A stretch of DNA of 62,789 bases, filler included, from Squatina squatina (taxonomy: Eukaryota): NCBI GenBank assembly GCA_031763465.1. It is 4 parts of 4 records of this genome, joined end to end, with 100 filler letters (N's around TTAATTAATTAA, not from the genome) between each part and the next. Parts side by side here need not be neighbours in the genome. Positions count along the whole stretch, not along the records: positions 49,566 to 62,789 come from JARFOE010000016.1; 3 more parts are not named here. The stretch is one strand, 5' to 3'. A program made the position numbers and the translations under genes. The notes under the pieces were generated by a model. That model was not told where the DNA came from. It saw nothing but the letters and a program-made list of their open reading frames with translations, and did no database searches. Below, in pieces: positions 51,286 through 62,789 of this stretch (its first letter is position 1; every line of letters starts with the position of its first letter).

Positions 51286-53679
51286 CACAGAGTGAATGAT
51301 TAAATGGGCTGTGGGACAAACAGTTGGAAATGGCTACTTTATTGCAGCTCACTGAACCCCTGATCTAAGCATAAGAATCTCCTGTCAGACTATTTATTTG
51401 AATTAAAGCGTATTGCAATCTCAAAAATTTAACACCACTGTCAGGAGTAATGAGAACGTGCAAGTAAAGAAGATTAGAGTTTAGGAGAAAGGAACATGAA
51501 ATATCTATGACAAAGATTAAGCTCTGAATTATTAATTGTGTACACGAAGATATAGGGATATTTGTGCATGTGTACATCAAAAGCTGACGCAATCTAAATT
51601 TTCTACAGCTGAAGTTTGCTGCTAAAATTAAAATTGTCCCACTCCCATTGTATAAACTTGAAGAAAATCCATTTAGGGACCAGTAACCTATAGATAGTAG
51701 TACTTTAAATTTAACAAAAACAGCTGTTATCTCCAGTTAGGCAATGGTAAGAGCTCTTTACTTCTGTTCATACGATCATCTTGTCTGAACAATACAAACT
51801 CTTAACCATCTAGTGTTCTGTGAACTCAATTGATGTTTTGTGCAAAATTTAGAAAAAACAATTTTCAACGGTTGTTGGAGAAAATCCTCAGGAAGGTGGT
51901 CATCCAAAAAGGTAAAAGAGGCCACACAGCAGAGTTAGGCATTTCCAGGTGCCCACATACACTGGGCATTCTGACGGTGTCCGTGGACACCTGGACTAAT
52001 TGCTCTTGGAGCCCCCACTGGCAAGTCCTTGTTTGCCCCCTTTCTATACAGTTGTTTGATATACCTTCATGTCCCCCTCCTAACTATTTTCTAGGCTTTC
52101 AGGGCACCTGAAGCATTAGGAATCAAAGAGGCATGAAATTCTCTAGAGGAATCAAAGGAATGAAAGGCCTCACTGTGGTGAAGTGAGGGAGGAGGAGGGC
52201 ATCAAAGAGAAAAGCATAGGGCATGGGAGGGGAGAAAGTAGTGAGTTCATGCAATTGTCCAATATTTTCCAAATTACTTAAATATCATTGTTCAAACACT
52301 GCCTTCTGTTAGTGTGCCGTCTAGGTATGCAGACACTGTAGCTTCTCGATGGCGCCTTAAAAATCAGACCAAACGAAATATCTGGCCTCAAGCCAGATCA
52401 CTGCCCTCGCTCTTTATCTCTGCAAACAGTAAATGTAATTAGTTTCCTGTCTTCAGCCAAGCTAGGTCACATTAAGTCTCTCTCACCCCAGGGAGAACAT
52501 GTCTCCTGCGCCTTTGCTATGACCCCACTGCCTGTATTCCCAGGGACCAGAGATGAGAGAAAGAAGGACTTGAAAATAAAGCTGAACATGTACTAAATAC
52601 TATTGAAATGTGAATCATAAGGTTCAACGATTTTACATAGTGTCATTTCAATTCAGTTTAAGTTGAAATAATTTGGGGGAATTTTATCCATACACACTTT
52701 ACAATAAACAATTCAAACAACAAGGATAGCCAAATTAAATTTTTTTTAAATATTATTTACCAATTTATATTCTTGTTAACTGACTAATTACAATTTTTAT
52801 TAGTTGATTAAGCAATTAAATTATAGCTTCTCTTCTCAATTACTCTTTTTCAATTCAACTGCTATCTTCATCCTCCACAGTTTCCTGAGATTATCCATCA
52901 AAACTAACACTCAACAATCGGAGCTTTCAGCCGTGGATAATGATGGCACATACATCATCTTAAGCAAGTAAAAACCATAACTATTTGATTAATGAAGCAA
53001 TTATCATCTGTTTGTGTTCTTTTCCCTTGCACTGCTCTCATTCTCATTTCTTTGCATAGTTGTCTGTTGTCATGCAATACTCCTTCTGCTCACAGATGAG
53101 GAAAACTAACTCGAGAATCCTGTACACCTTTTCTGCCTATTTTGCTATCGCCAGACAGTTAAAAAAATATATACAAACAGTATATTTTTCAAGGCAAATT
53201 AGAACAACATTGAAATATAGCAAGCCATTTGACCTAGAAAGCTTGCTTGCAACAGGAAAAACTCAATATATATATTAGTGTACTGTCCATTGTAAGACTA
53301 GACATGTGTTCAAAATTGGAGTCAAGCTAGTGCTTTAAGAGCCATGCAACCAGACAATCTTAAATAACCATTTTGTTGTCTGGAGCTTCAGCAGAAAGGA
53401 ATAATGGATTTTAGAAGGAGTTCTCAAATGTTAGCAACTATTGATTGAACAATGTGAAAATATTTTGTCAGTTCATTATCTGGTATTTATGTGAGGGGCA
53501 GCAAATATGTGGAGTGACTGAGGGGAAGATCAGTGGTTTGGGCGGATAGGGGAGGAAAATCATGGNNNNNNNNNNNNNNNNNNNNNNNNNNNNNNNNNNN
53601 NNNNNNNNNNNNNNNNNNNNNNNNNNNNNNNNNNNNNNNNNNNNNNNNNNNNNNNNNNNNNNNNNATAAATAACTAACT

Positions 53680-54100
53680 GGACGATTAGAAAATAAGCCA
53701 CAAGGGATGCACATCTTCCAGTGAGAGTATTATAGAAATCAAACACTATGGACACAGTCAGCAATACTATGATGAGAATCAGACATCACAGATGGAAAGC
53801 AGCCAAATCAGCAGGGAAATAAAACATTATGGATGGTCAATCTCCAGGCAACCAGGGAAATCAGATGGAATTAATAGTCAGCCACCAGACCACTGTGGAA
53901 TAAGACCAAGGGTACAGATAACTACAGAACCACCAGGGAAATAAGACCTTATGGATGGATAACCACTAGACTGTCACTGAAATTGGATGCTGTGGACTAC
54001 CAAGATGATATTTAACCACAAGTGAAACAGAGTACCACGGAGGGATAGCACTAGACAGCCAAGGAAATAAGACCGCACAGACCAATAAACACTAGACATC
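53680..54100. repeat. Highly degenerate minisatellite with a unit of about 41 bp
   Basis: Recurring (ca)gggaaataagacc..atggatggataaccactagac motif, roughly 10 copies. Confidence 0.65.
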
Positions 54101-55759
54101 TAAGGTAGTTGGATAGAGAATAAAACAAAATTAAAGAAAATAAAATCAGACTGGCAATTACTTGCTTTCAGCTGTTGGCACAGCAATATACAAACATTTG
54201 TCATCCTAACATAATAGTGATGTGCATGCAGAACAGGAATTCTCTGCTGCAGATGTACAGCACAGCAAATCAAAAGGCTCCAAAATGAAACCAATATTCC
54301 AGCCAATTTACACTCTTATCATTTAAAATTCCAAGCTCCAAACCTGGCAAGGATAATGTCCCCAGTGCTAACCTTCAGTAAACGTTTTATTGATGGAGTC
54401 ACAGGAAATTCTTTTCTTAGTATATTAAAAAAAAACATATGTTTTTGCTCATGTGTTGAAAGGTGGGAGATACTGCCCATTCCCTCTTTTAAGCAATAGA
54501 GCCTCATTANNNNNNNNNNNNNNNNNNNNNNNNNNNNNNNNNNNNNNNNNNNNNNNNNNNNNNNNNNNNNNNNNNNNNNNNNNNNNNNNNNNNNNNNNNN
54601 NNNNNNNNNACCCTAACTTCAAGATAATTTTTTAAGCGAAAAAAAATGCATATTATATTTGGAAAATTACGGTAAGCAATATAAAAATAATTGAAACAAC
54701 TACTGATTGTTGAATGTAATTTGTGACTTTAGAATAAGGCTAGCTTTCTGTATATCTGTTCACAAAAATAATAGGTGAATAAAATATAATTGAAGTGTTA
54801 TTAACTCGAAATATTAAAGTGGAATATTTCAAATTGAGATTCTAAATGAGATTTAGTCATTTTCAAACTAGCAAACATGATTAGTCATACTACTGTTAAC
54901 ATTTATGGTGTGATATTAAGTACTATAGTGCTCTCTGAGACATTTGAATATGTCAGACATTAAGAAAATTATTAAGGTGTCAGTGATGTGACTGTTTTTA
55001 ATAGAAGTAAAAGTATTTCCTTATTATTGGTAAATATCACACAACATCCAATATAATTAAATTATATATCAGAATTAAAATGTCACCATGAAATAATCGC
55101 ACTCGAAGCTAAATGATCTTTAAAAGAGATCCTTGGATGAAATCAGACTCTGCACTTTACAATATTTCATTTGCCTGCTTCCATTGATTAGCAATTTTCC
55201 AGTAATATTCTTCAGATATTTTTCTTGATTTCATTTAANNNNNNNNNNNNNNNNNNNNNNNNNNNNNNNNNNNNNNNNNNNNNNNNNNNNNNNNNNNNNN
55301 NNNNNNNNNNNNNNNNNNNNNNNNNNNNNNNNNNNNNNNNNNNNNNNNNNNNNNNNNNNNNNNNNNNNNNNNNNNNNNNNNNNNNNNNNNTCTCGTGAAC
55401 ACTGATTACATCGCTTCACTCCCACCTTTAGTGGTCTCTTGTGTAATTAAAATTATAATTGCTATAAAGGAAAGGAAAAGTCTAAACTTGCAAGGCGATT
55501 GTTCTGTCAGATTAGATTTAAAGGGAATAAATGAAAACAATATTCATTTAAAAAGTAGTTAATCATCAAGTTTGTGCATATCTTGCTGACTAATACTTAA
55601 ATTATGATTCCACTTTTAGAGGCAAAGGATATTCTTCAGATGGAGTACAAATTCTGTGGATCGGGGACTGATATTTAATCATTAGATTTTCATTTGTGAA
55701 GCTCCTCTCCAGAAGATCACATTGAAATGACATGTTAAATAAGAAAACATTTCTTTCCT

Positions 55760-55960
55760 GGTGGACTGAACAGTTGTGACCTCGCACACCATCTTTTCAA
55801 TCCTGGGACCTGGGTTCAAATTCAGCCCTGACCTGTGGGATGAAAGCTCCCTCTGCCCACTAACTGCAATGAGCTGCACTAAATGAGTTCCAAATGGGCC
55901 CGTGGTTGAAAATGGTCTGCAAATTGGAAATCTTGCTCAGCAAGGCCATAAGATCAGCTG
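55760..55960 (+). mobile_element. Old tRNA-derived SINE, LF-SINE-like
   Basis: cttttca..ctgggacctgggttcaaattcagccc..gggatgaaag..aaatgagtt resembles the recalled LF-SINE head and body. Confidence 0.45.
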
Positions 55961-56109
55961 TGCGAGAAGGGGAAAGTTCACAGTGATACAGAGGAACGTG
56001 TTTTTCAGAGGTCGAGACCGCCACGGCTTCTAATTTACATAAATGAACTGGATTCCAAAACTTTAGCAAAGCAGTCAAATTTTCACACGAAACAAAATTC
56101 GGAGGGGCT

Positions 56110-56780
56110 ATGGATTCACAAGAGGCAGCTTAGATATTAATTATGGATTAACTTGGACAAAATAAGTCCAAACATCATCAGATGAAATTTAATGCAGACA
56201 AATGTAAATCAGTGGACATCAGAAGAAAATGTGAGCAACTCTAGTACTCTGAATGGTTTGGAAATAGCCAAGGATGAAGCTGAAAGAAGTCTCAGCAGAC
56301 TCAAACCAAACATATTCAACTAATGTAGGGCAGCAAGCAACAAAGCCAATACATAGCCAAAACAGTAGAATGCAAGACAGAGGAGATAATGATCAAACTT
56401 TCTAGTGCTCTGGTTAGAATGCACGTTAAATACTGCATCTAGTTCTGGTCACCAGGAAACTCGGGAGACTTTCAAGTGCTGGTGGCATTGCAGAGAAGAG
56501 CCACAAGTTTGATCCCTATGGTCAGAGGTCTGAGTCATAGTTCTTCAGCCGAGAAAGGAGGTGATTTATAGGAGGGTTGGTTATAAGATTGTAAAGGGAA
56601 TGGAAAAAGTCATATTACTTTGAATTCATTTGCAGGAATAGAACAAATGGACACAGGTTTAAGCTAGTGAAAGGTAATTTTAGGATTGATATCAGGAGAT
56701 TTTTCACGCAGAGAATGAACAACACTTGGAATGGACTTTTGAGGCAGGCTTGTGAAAGGAATCCTTTAAGAAAATAATTA
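56110..56780 (+). mobile_element. Old CR1 LINE 3' region
   Basis: QMKFNADKCK, LVRMHVKYCI.FWSP, LQRRATSLIP, RTNGHRFKL, FFTQR..NTWNGL. Confidence 0.8.
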
Positions 56781-56784
56781 ATAT

Positions 56785-56874
56785 ACAAACAAAAAAAGCT
56801 GGAAAAACTCAGCAGGTCAGGCAGCATCTGTGGAGAGAGAAACAGAGTCAACGTTTCGGGTCGATGACCCTTCG
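56785..56874 (-). mobile_element. Penelope-like terminal repeat with minimal hammerhead core (5' end in the gap)
   Basis: Minus strand cga-a-GGGTC-atc-GACCC-GAAA-CGTT-gactctgtttctctctccacagatgctgcctgacctgctgag. Confidence 0.7.
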
Positions 56875-57099
56875 NNNNNNNNNNNNNNNNNNNNNNNNNN
56901 NNNNNNNNNNNNNNNNNNNNNNNNNNNNNNNNNNNNNNNNNNNNNNNNNNNNNNNNNNNNNNNNNNNNNNNNNNTGAAGCCCAGCATTTACATGGATCAC
57001 TGCAGCACTTGCAAGAGTTTCGTTATTCAAGGTGTCACTGCTCAACTTTCCAAAATAGCCAATCTCTTGGGAACCCTGTCTCATGATGAAAGAATGAAC

Positions 57100-57435
57100 T
57101 TGCATTTTTTTTAAGTGCCTTTCATGGCCTCAGGGAGTTCCAAAGCACTCCACAACCAATGAATGGCTTTTGAGTGCAATCACTGCTGTTTTGTTGGCAA
57201 ATGCAGCAGCTAATCTGTGCACAGCAAGGCCCCAAAAATATAAATAAGCAGTTCATCTTTTCTAACTGGTGTTGGTTGAGGGGAAAATGTTGGCCAGGAT
57301 ACTTCCCTGCTCTTCTTCAAATAGTGTCATGGAATCTTTTACATTCACCTGAGACGACAGACAATTTAACAACTGGCAGCACCTTCAACAGTGCAGAACT
57401 CCCTTAGCACTGCACTGAATGCTCAGACTAGATGA
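57100..57435 (-). mobile_element. Deu-domain SINE
   Basis: Reverse complement of the 50647 copy (ccctgctcttcttcaaatagtgtcatggaatctttta). Confidence 0.8.
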
Positions 57436-58549
57436 GACTAAATAACGCATCGGCTGCCAAGAAAATTGGGACACCCTGAAGATATGAAGGGCACTATATG
57501 AAGTCAAATCCTCTCTTTCTCTACTATTTTCACAAGGACTGGGTGCAGTTTCCTTACATAATTGTACTCCTCGAGTTGAAGTTGCAGATCGGTGGTGACA
57601 TAAGTTGAAAGCTGGTGAAAAACTGCTTATCCATCAGCTGCTCCATTATGAGCTAATCGACTGACAGCAAATACCTGCACCGAGGCCTTACTAAGCTGGA
57701 GAAGGATCATGAAATTTAGAGCTACTAGGTAGCAGAAAACATGATTTATTTCTGGATAAGATTAATGGAATTTCCCAAATATAGCAGCATATGTTCTCAC
57801 AGAAAAACTGACTGAAACAGCATGCATTAATTCCACTCCCTTTTTTTCTGCTAATTTTTGATCTTCCTTCTCTCTGAAGAGATTTCAGGAGACATTCCTG
57901 GAGCCCGACTGAGTTTAAGATACAACCTTTTACCTGGGTGTCTCTAACAACATTAGCAGGATTCATCACGTTTGCCATGTTTGTGTTGAATATCTAAATG
58001 GCTATTTAGAATAACAGAAGAACAGTCGTACTTTGAATCATGATATTTTAAGGGCCTTGTATATTGGTGTGAATGTGGTGTTTGTGCTGCTGGTTCCTAA
58101 AGCACAGCCAACCAAAGCCAAATATAAGGTTGCTGGGAAGCACTGAGACTGGCATGGGGGACCCGTGGTTTAGGGACCAGCAATGCAAATGCTCCACTGA
58201 CACCGGTACAAGAGGACTTCTTGAATCTCAGTCAAGAAGCTATTTGTGAATTAATTAGGATCCTTTGTTGGATGTTTTCTTCTGTGAAGTTTCCTACTAC
58301 TTTATTTACTCTCTCTACAGCATATCAAAGAAGTCCAGTGGATTAGTAAATCATGCCCTATTGCTTCTGAATTTCTGCTAACTTCTCCTTATGCTCTTCA
58401 GACACGTATTGATAGTATCACTTATGATGTTGTAAAGCATTTTTCTACCNNNNNNNNNNNNNNNNNNNNNNNNNNNNNNNNNNNNNNNNNNNNNNNNNNN
58501 NNNNNNNNNNNNNNNNNNNNNNNNNNNNNNNNNNNNNNNNNNNNNNNNN

Positions 58550-59554
58550 TCTCTCTTCCCCCCTCATCCCTTCATCTCTTCTCACTTACAAGGTGCTGAT
58601 GGTGTATGCATGGATATCTTGCTTTCTCCCCTCCCCACAACCCAACCCTTGTGCCTTTATGCTTTCAGATACCCAAGAAATGCCAACAGGCCAGCCTGTC
58701 CCTCATCATCACGGAAGGGGAGGGGAGGAGGAGGAAGAGGAAAAGGAGCGGGAGGAGGAGGGGGAGTAGGGGGACTTTAGAGGCTAGAACAGAGGTGAGA
58801 TCTGCACATAGTGAGTCACCAGGCATGAATGCTCTACAGCCACACCAGGCGAAAAGGGTAGCACGGAGCCCGCTCCCTGGAAGGCGGGTTTGGACACTTG
58901 TTCTGCTGCACAGGATTCAGATGATGACCTCGATAGGGCGGCCTTCAGATAAAGGGTGATGGGCTTGCGCACGGAAATGATAAATGCAATGGCAAGCCTG
59001 CCAGAGAGTCAGTTGTCAGTGTCAAGGAGCATGGAGGAGTCCGGCTCCAACATTACATGGGGTTTTGCACAGAGCTTGGAGCCCATGATTTCCAGGATGG
59101 AAATGATGGATACTCCAGGAGAGATGTTGTGGACACACAGATGATGCTGGGTGTGATGGGAGATCTTGCAACTTCCATTACAACATAGGTGGAAGCGGCC
59201 CAACGTCTCACTGCTGCAGTGAAAGCATACACTGCTCTCTTGCAAGCTCAGCTTGCTGCCATGCAAGCTCAGACTGCTGCCATTATCGCTTGTTTTAAGA
59301 GTGTCAACAGGGGCTTGCAGGGTGTAACAGTCGGTCAGCAATCTGTTCTCCAACAGATTGCTAAGAATGCTGAGGCGCCGCCCTGGGAGTGTGGCAGTAG
59401 GCCTGTGGATCAAGAATCTGCTGTCCTCCAGGAAGACAGCATTCCTGCTCCCATCACCGCCACTCCACCATTGCCCTTGCTACTACCTATCAGCCAGCCA
59501 GCCCAGCTCATGCCGAGATGGCGCAGTCTACAGCCAGGTCTTCTAGGTTCACAG
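58550..59554 (+). mobile_element. Decayed coding fragment, probably the accessory (Myb/SANT-type) ORF of a PIF/Harbinger transposon
   Basis: Acceptor tgctttcag near 58668, then frameshifted pieces: an acidic tract, EMINAMASLPE..RSMEESGS..FAQSLEP, a coiled-coil AAQRLTAAV..LQAQLAAMQAQTAAI and a Pro-rich tail. Family assignment is from recall; no diagnostic domain is visible. Confidence 0.4.
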
Positions 59555-60784
59555 NNNNNNNNNNNNNNNNNNNNNNNNNNNNNNNNNNNNNNNNNNNNNN
59601 NNNNNNNNNNNNNNNNNNNNNNNNNNNNNNNNNNNNNNNNNNNNNNNNNNNNNNTCAAAAATAATTTGAGGCTTTGATAAAAGCCTGCAGTCTCTGTTAA
59701 TTGTGGCTGGTCAAAGCTGGAAGATGCAATTTTAAATACTACAATTTAAAAATCATGTTAAAGATAATTGAGAAATGCTTCAAGTCGGGAAATCATAAGA
59801 CTCAAGCTGTAACATTGAAGCTGGAAGATTTTTCATGCAGCTGAATGCACAGTGTAAACTTTGACACGCAATTGAGCAGCTGTGTAATGTTCATTTCACA
59901 CTGATAATGTCACAAAATGATTTACTGTCAAACTAAAGGCCTTTATTTTAGTGGGATGCAGGAACACACGTTCCGGTCACTTGTTTCGATGTTTCTAAAT
60001 TGGTACCAGAAACCCACAGGTAGAACCAAAGACCTATAATCTGCTGTCAAATATTTGCCAATATACAAAAAAAAAATGAATTTCTATCTCTCAATTTATG
60101 ATGACCTTCATCATTCAACAGAACAATATAGTGTTTCTCAGTAAGTATTCAGTGTCTCAGCAACCAGGTCATATGCCTAAATAAGACTTGTTGAGGCAAA
60201 ATACACTGATGAAAGTTTGAAATGACCATATTAAAGACACAAGAGATAAAATCTTTGCATTCACTGAAAAGCTAAGCCCTGCCCCACAGTTAAACTTTCA
60301 TTCCTATATTTTCAGTTGACCAATATTTAATCACACACTATTTGTTTTTTGTTATTGACTGACTCAGCCACTAATTTGATATCGAGCTGTAGGTCACTGC
60401 TTATGCCCAGGATAAAAAAATTTGAACAAGTAAGCATGTTATTGCAGTTGCTTCGATCATGTCACTGACCCATATGCAGGTGGGCTTTTAATCGCGGTTG
60501 TTGCAACAAAGTTACAGAAGATTTTCCATGTTTCTAAGATAAAGTGTCTCCACAATAATATGCATCAAACATGATACTTCATTTTTTTTAAGCTGAAAAT
60601 GGCAAAGACTGGGTCATCAGATCCATATAACAATATACTCCAGCAATAAGATGAGTGCCAGTGGCTGACAGCTNNNNNNNNNNNNNNNNNNNNNNNNNNN
60701 NNNNNNNNNNNNNNNNNNNNNNNNNNNNNNNNNNNNNNNNNNNNNNNNNNNNNNNNNNNNNNNNNNNNNNNNNTTTTTCCGATC

Positions 60785-61012
60785 TCATCTTCTCCTTCAG
60801 GCAAGATGTTCTGGCCAATATTTATCTCTCAATCAACATCACAAAAACACATTATTTGGTCATTAGCGCTTTGCTGTTTGTGGGACCTTGCCATGCGCAA
60901 ATTTCCTACATTACAACACTGACTACACTTCAAAAAAGTACTTAATTGGCTCTAAAGCGCTTTGGGACGTACTGAGGTCGTGAAAGGCGCTATATAAATG
61001 CACATCTTTCTT
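60785..61012 (+). mobile_element. Deu-domain SINE 3' part
   Basis: ctggccaatatttatctctcaatcaacatc..aaagcgctttgggacgtactgaggtcgtgaaaggcgctatataaatgca. Confidence 0.85.
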
Positions 61013-62789
61013 ATGTTAAGGGACAGCCTGTTTTATTGACTTCTTTCAATGCAACTCGATGGTCCTTTGCTGCAAGGGGGAGATTTTGAGTGGGGCGAGT
61101 TGAAATGTATCAATTTCACTTTCCCCTGAGATGTCACAATTTTGTTCAACTTGATGCTCCATCTAGAGGTGCAACGAGGAAGAGATGTTACTCATCCACC
61201 AAAGGCAAGTGAGCTTGATTGATAAGCAGCCTTGGAAATAGAACTCTCAACATTCTGGTCAGGTCAAGCCTTTCACCAGCTGAGCTACCTGGTCACCAGC
61301 CAAATCTGACTAAGACAAATTATATTTTGCAGCAATCTCATTTTTTATTCACTTTCAGTTTCTGGAATGGACCTCTTAATTTTTTTAGGACATGAATTAT
61401 GTTTATTTCACTGTGGAAGAATGATTTTAATTGCCCATAACCATTACGCTGGTAATTTATGCAACATAAGTGACATAAATAATACTAAATAATCTGCTGA
61501 ACCAAAAAATTGCTTATTTTATGGTGTACGACTGATGGACCTGTTTATCTCGACTCATGTGATGCGATTTTTCCATTCCCAGCAATTGCTGATTTAGCAA
61601 ACTGTACAAAATTGAATACTACTGAGATCGGGAAACAGTAAAATGAAACAGGCACCAGTGAAATAAAAACGTGTAATAAATAGGATAAGCAAGCATCAGT
61701 TTCCCTTTTCTATTTAACTTCTGTCCACCTAAATTAATTACTCTTAAGAAAAGCAGTGCCACCTTTTCTGCATTCCTCAATCCTTAATCCTCACTTGCTC
61801 TTTAATTACCAGGTAAAGTATACTTAATCATCCACATGCAGCCTAAAAGCAATGTCACATCCACAGTATGTGGTTTTATGACAGCTCAAATCAATCACCA
61901 GCTCCCTGTTTTATTATCGGCTTGTCTTGCTTCTATCTCGTATCTCGCAGGGGACTCCCTGCCAANNNNNNNNNNNNNNNNNNNNNNNNNNNNNNNNNNN
62001 NNNNNNNNNNNNNNNNNNNNNNNNNNNNNNNNNNNNNNNNNNNNNNNNNNNNNNNNNNNNNNNNNAATCCTAATTGCAGCTGTGTGCTGGGCCACATCCA
62101 CCCTTAAATGCCATGTCTTTTATCTGTCCACTGAAGTGATCCCAGTTCAACCTCTGCTGTAACCGTCATACTGCACATCCCTCCATTTTCTCAAGAAACC
62201 AATTAGCCAAAAATAACTCTGACCTTAAAGCTTCTTTTAAAACCGTCACAGTGTCATATTTTTCACTCGCAACAAGAAGCTATTAGTTGTGCTTTTGTGA
62301 ATCCATGTAACATTGGTGAATGGTGTGGAAAATTTGCCTGAAATTGATCTTTTTCTTCATTGTATTTCTAACTTAGCATTGCAATTTATAAACTAAACAT
62401 CAAATCAATTGCTCAGACAGCTTAGATTTTCATCGATATATTTTTTGTTCGGGACATCAATTCTATTGTTTTAAGAGGTACGGCAAAGCACGAGTCTGTT
62501 GGGTACTTGGGATTCAAACAGTCAGGCAGATCAAGTCCACATCACTCAATTTAGGGAAACGTTGTTGTTTGAAGTGAACCTGCTCCTAGTGGGCAGAGAA
62601 TGCAATGGCGTGGTGACTCCATTCTATCCCTGCTGCCAAATATGGAGTACAACAATGACCAATCTGCAACCACTGATCAGCCCTTCTGATTGAAGGGGCA
62701 CAGTGTGGAACTCTTTAGGAAGCAGACATAACAATGTGAAGAGATATATTATTTTAAAATATTACTGGGAAGTGAAGAGTTTCAATTTG

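Noticed and set aside
53680-54100. CRISPR-like array (also considered for 19095-19255)
   Set aside because: Vertebrate context, no invariant repeat with unique spacers and no cas genes; these are tandem repeats.
57934-57978. Possible first coding exon on the minus strand (aacATGG..MANVMNPANVVRDTQ|gtaaaa)
   Set aside because: The peptide is unrecognised, the donor is weak and there is no partner exon; this is compatible with chance.

Overview
Eukaryotic DNA, almost certainly from a cartilaginous fish (shark-type CR1/L2/RTE LINEs, Deu-domain SINEs, Penelope repeats), in a heavily gapped draft assembly. It is not one locus: three artificial linkers (44 N + TTAATTAATTAA + 44 N) split it into four unrelated segments. 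Segment 1 (1-13126): the alternative terminal exons 9a and 9d of a tropomyosin (best fit TPM4), a Gypsy integrase fragment and three SAFB exons. Segment 2 (13227-35045): a decayed RTE LINE, KCNK9/TASK-3 (exon 1 and the 3' part of exon 2) and the last exon of TRAPPC9. Segment 3 (35146-49465): BCKDHA exons 6-7 and a divergently oriented EXOSC5 exon followed by a U12-type donor. Segment 4 (49566-62789): repeats and non-coding DNA with no recognisable gene. Most ORF-track entries are artefacts of N-runs or repeats, and several real exons (TPM4, BCKDHA, small SAFB exons) are missing from that track. I found no convincing wholly new system. The best leads are a G-quadruplex-forming KCNK9 5' UTR, Penelope-type minimal hammerhead ribozyme motifs, a retroviral-type LTR with polypurine tract and R-region hairpin, a MITE nested in a CR1, and the minor-spliceosome donor in EXOSC5. 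Gene identities rest on recalled ortholog sequences, not database searches, and repeat boundaries are approximate.
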